Positions 41,519-42,649 of a stretch of DNA of 42,649 nucleotides are shown here, piece by piece. Position numbers and translations under genes: made by a program. The notes under the pieces are model-generated. The model saw only the letters and a program-made list of their open reading frames with translations. It was not told the origin of the DNA and ran no database searches. Origin of the DNA: Spirochaetota bacterium (GTDB taxonomy: Bacteria; Spirochaetota; UBA4802; UBA5550); NCBI GenBank assembly GCA_012730035.1, contig JAAYBQ010000044.1, positions 1 through 42,649 on the forward strand, read 5' to 3'. The number at the start of each line of letters is the position of its first letter. Within the stretch, counting starts at the first letter, position 1.

Positions 41519-41667
41519 ACGTTTACAGGAAGAAATTTATTGCCTAAAAAAAACTTGACCTTAAGGCATATAATCCGGTTTATCACCAATATGCCGTAAA
41601 TGGCATTTACCGGTCTGCTCTTAAAATCAGCGGATCTTTTAAAGAATATTTCAGGGCGGGGAGCAAA

Positions 41668-42649
41668 ATGAAAATAGCAGTGGCAGGGACAGGTTATGTG
41701 GGACTATCTATTGCGGTGCTGGCATCACAGCGTCACGAGGTTGTAGCCGTCGATGTAATAAGTGAAAAGGTTGATCTTATTAATAAAAAAATATCACCTA
41801 TCGAAGACCACGAGATATCGGATTTTCTTGCGAATAAAAAACTCAATCTCAGGGCCACCACCAGCGCGGCCGAGGCCTACAAAGGCGCAGAGGTGATCTT
41901 TGTTGCAGGGCCCACTGATTATAATGCAGAGGGTAATTTTTTTGATACATCCATACTTGAAAGCATATTCGATGACATAGCAAAGTACAACAGGGATGCC
42001 ATTGTATGCATAAAATCGACAATTCCCGTGGGATACACAGTGGGCATCAGAAAGAGGTACCCCGGCATGAAGATTATCTTTTCGCCCGAGTTCCTCAGGG
42101 AGGGTAAGGCGCTCTACGACAACCTGCATCCCTCAAGGATTATCGTGGGTGAAAAATCGGCCGATGCAGAGGTGATCGCGCAGATACTTAAAGAGGGATC
42201 ACTTGACCACGATACACCCGTGCTCTTTACCGAACCCACTGAAGCCGAGGCTATAAAGCTCTTTGCCAATTCATATCTTGCGCTGCGTATAGCCTATTTT
42301 AACGAGTTAGATTCGTACGCATTGAAGTATAACCTTGATACAAAGCAGATCATTGAAGGGGTGGGGCTTGATCCGCGCATAGGGCTTCATTACAACAATC
42401 CCTCTTTCGGATTCGGAGGTTACTGCCTGCCTAAAGACACCAAGCAGCTTAGGGCGAATTACGAGCATGTTCCTAACAATATAATCCAGGCCATAGTGGA
42501 TTCGAACAGCACAAGGAAGGATTTTCTGGCAGAGGTTATTATCTCGAAGAAACCCGAGGTGGTCGGCATATACAGGCTTGTGATGAAGGAGGGCTCGGAT
42601 AACTTCAGGGCTTCTTCAATACAGGGCATTATGAAACGTGTCAAGGCCA
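41668..42649 (+). CDS. ugd: UDP-glucose 6-dehydrogenase, 3'-truncated by the window edge
   Basis: Not in the supplied ORF track because there is no stop in the window. My translation from the ATG at 41668 reads [19 protein letters not shown]...[24 protein letters not shown]...[18 protein letters not shown]...[20 protein letters not shown], which are hallmark UDP-glucose/GDP-mannose dehydrogenase motifs. Confidence 0.92.
   Translation, partial: MKIAVAGTGYVGLSIAVLASQRHEVVAVDVISEKVDLINKKISPIEDHEISDFLANKKLNLRATTSAAEAYKGAEVIFVAGPTDYNAEGNFFDTSILESIFDDIAKYNRDAIVCIKSTIPVGYTVGIRKRYPGMKIIFSPEFLREGKALYDNLHPSRIIVGEKSADAEVIAQILKEGSLDHDTPVLFTEPTEAEAIKLFANSYLALRIAYFNELDSYALKYNLDTKQIIEGVGLDPRIGLHYNNPSFGFGGYCLPKDTKQLRANYEHVPNNIIQAIVDSNSTRKDFLAEVIISKKPEVVGIYRLVMKEGSDNFRASSIQGIMKRVKA

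Noticed and set aside
41565-41606. Mutually exclusive pairings GGCATAT(41565-71)/ATATGCC(41589-95)/GGCAT(41602-06) upstream of ugd, resembling an attenuator.
   Set aside because: The arms are short (5-7 bp) and no following U-tract or leader peptide is present. The first arm overlaps the only good -10-like hexamer (TATAAT 41569-74), so it may not be transcribed.
1-42649. Search for recognisable defence systems, toxin-antitoxin pairs, prophage or mobile-element hallmarks.
   Set aside because: No integrase, transposase, reverse transcriptase, restriction/modification, Cas, or typical small TA gene pairs could be recognised in any frame. The window reads as core chromosome plus lineage-specific envelope and signalling genes.

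Overview
Chromosomal window from a bacterium with an outer-membrane-type envelope. GC is mid-range and Arg codons are AGG/AGA-rich. The taxon cannot be assigned from the sequence alone. I recognised no rRNA, tRNA, CRISPR array, transposase, integrase or phage genes. (1) Bases 1-13549 hold a tightly packed dcw (division and cell wall) cluster: rsmH(partial)-ftsL-murE-murF-mraY-murD-ftsW-murG-murC-ftsQ-ftsA-ftsZ. It lacks ftsI, ddl and murB at their usual positions. (2) Bases 13.7-20.5 kb hold housekeeping and regulatory genes: an MBL-fold hydrolase, a TetR plus type-II NADH dehydrogenase pair, an alpha/beta-hydrolase-fold protein that seems to lack its catalytic Ser and His, and an orphan PAS-rich hybrid histidine kinase. 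(3) Bases 20550-20801 are the most unusual feature. This is a non-coding-looking array of 12 tandem 21-bp units lying between two convergent genes. Each unit can fold as a 6-bp-stem hairpin, the unit junctions form 13-bp palindromes, and the conserved core CCACCTC(C/T) resembles the 16S rRNA anti-Shine-Dalgarno sequence. (4) Bases 20.9-30.5 kb hold a conserved gene of unknown function, a 583-bp AT-rich divergent control region, and a translationally coupled recC-recB-recD operon. (5) Bases 30.5-41.5 kb hold lineage-specific envelope and signalling genes. These are a TetR plus secreted HEAT-repeat pair, a GHKL-ATPase-like protein with a small partner, an OmpA/TolB-repeat protein, a three-gene operon (beta-barrel OMP, unknown protein, voltage-sensor-like 6-TM protein without a pore loop), and a receiver-RsbW-like kinase fusion whose phospho-acceptor Asp is Glu. 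(6) From 41668 to the window end is a 3'-truncated UDP-glucose 6-dehydrogenase that is missing from the supplied ORF track. The best candidates for something undescribed are the 21-bp array, the OMP/unknown/voltage-sensor-like operon with its convergent pseudo-receiver kinase, and the GHKL-like plus small-protein cluster. All functional interpretations of these are inference from motifs read by eye.
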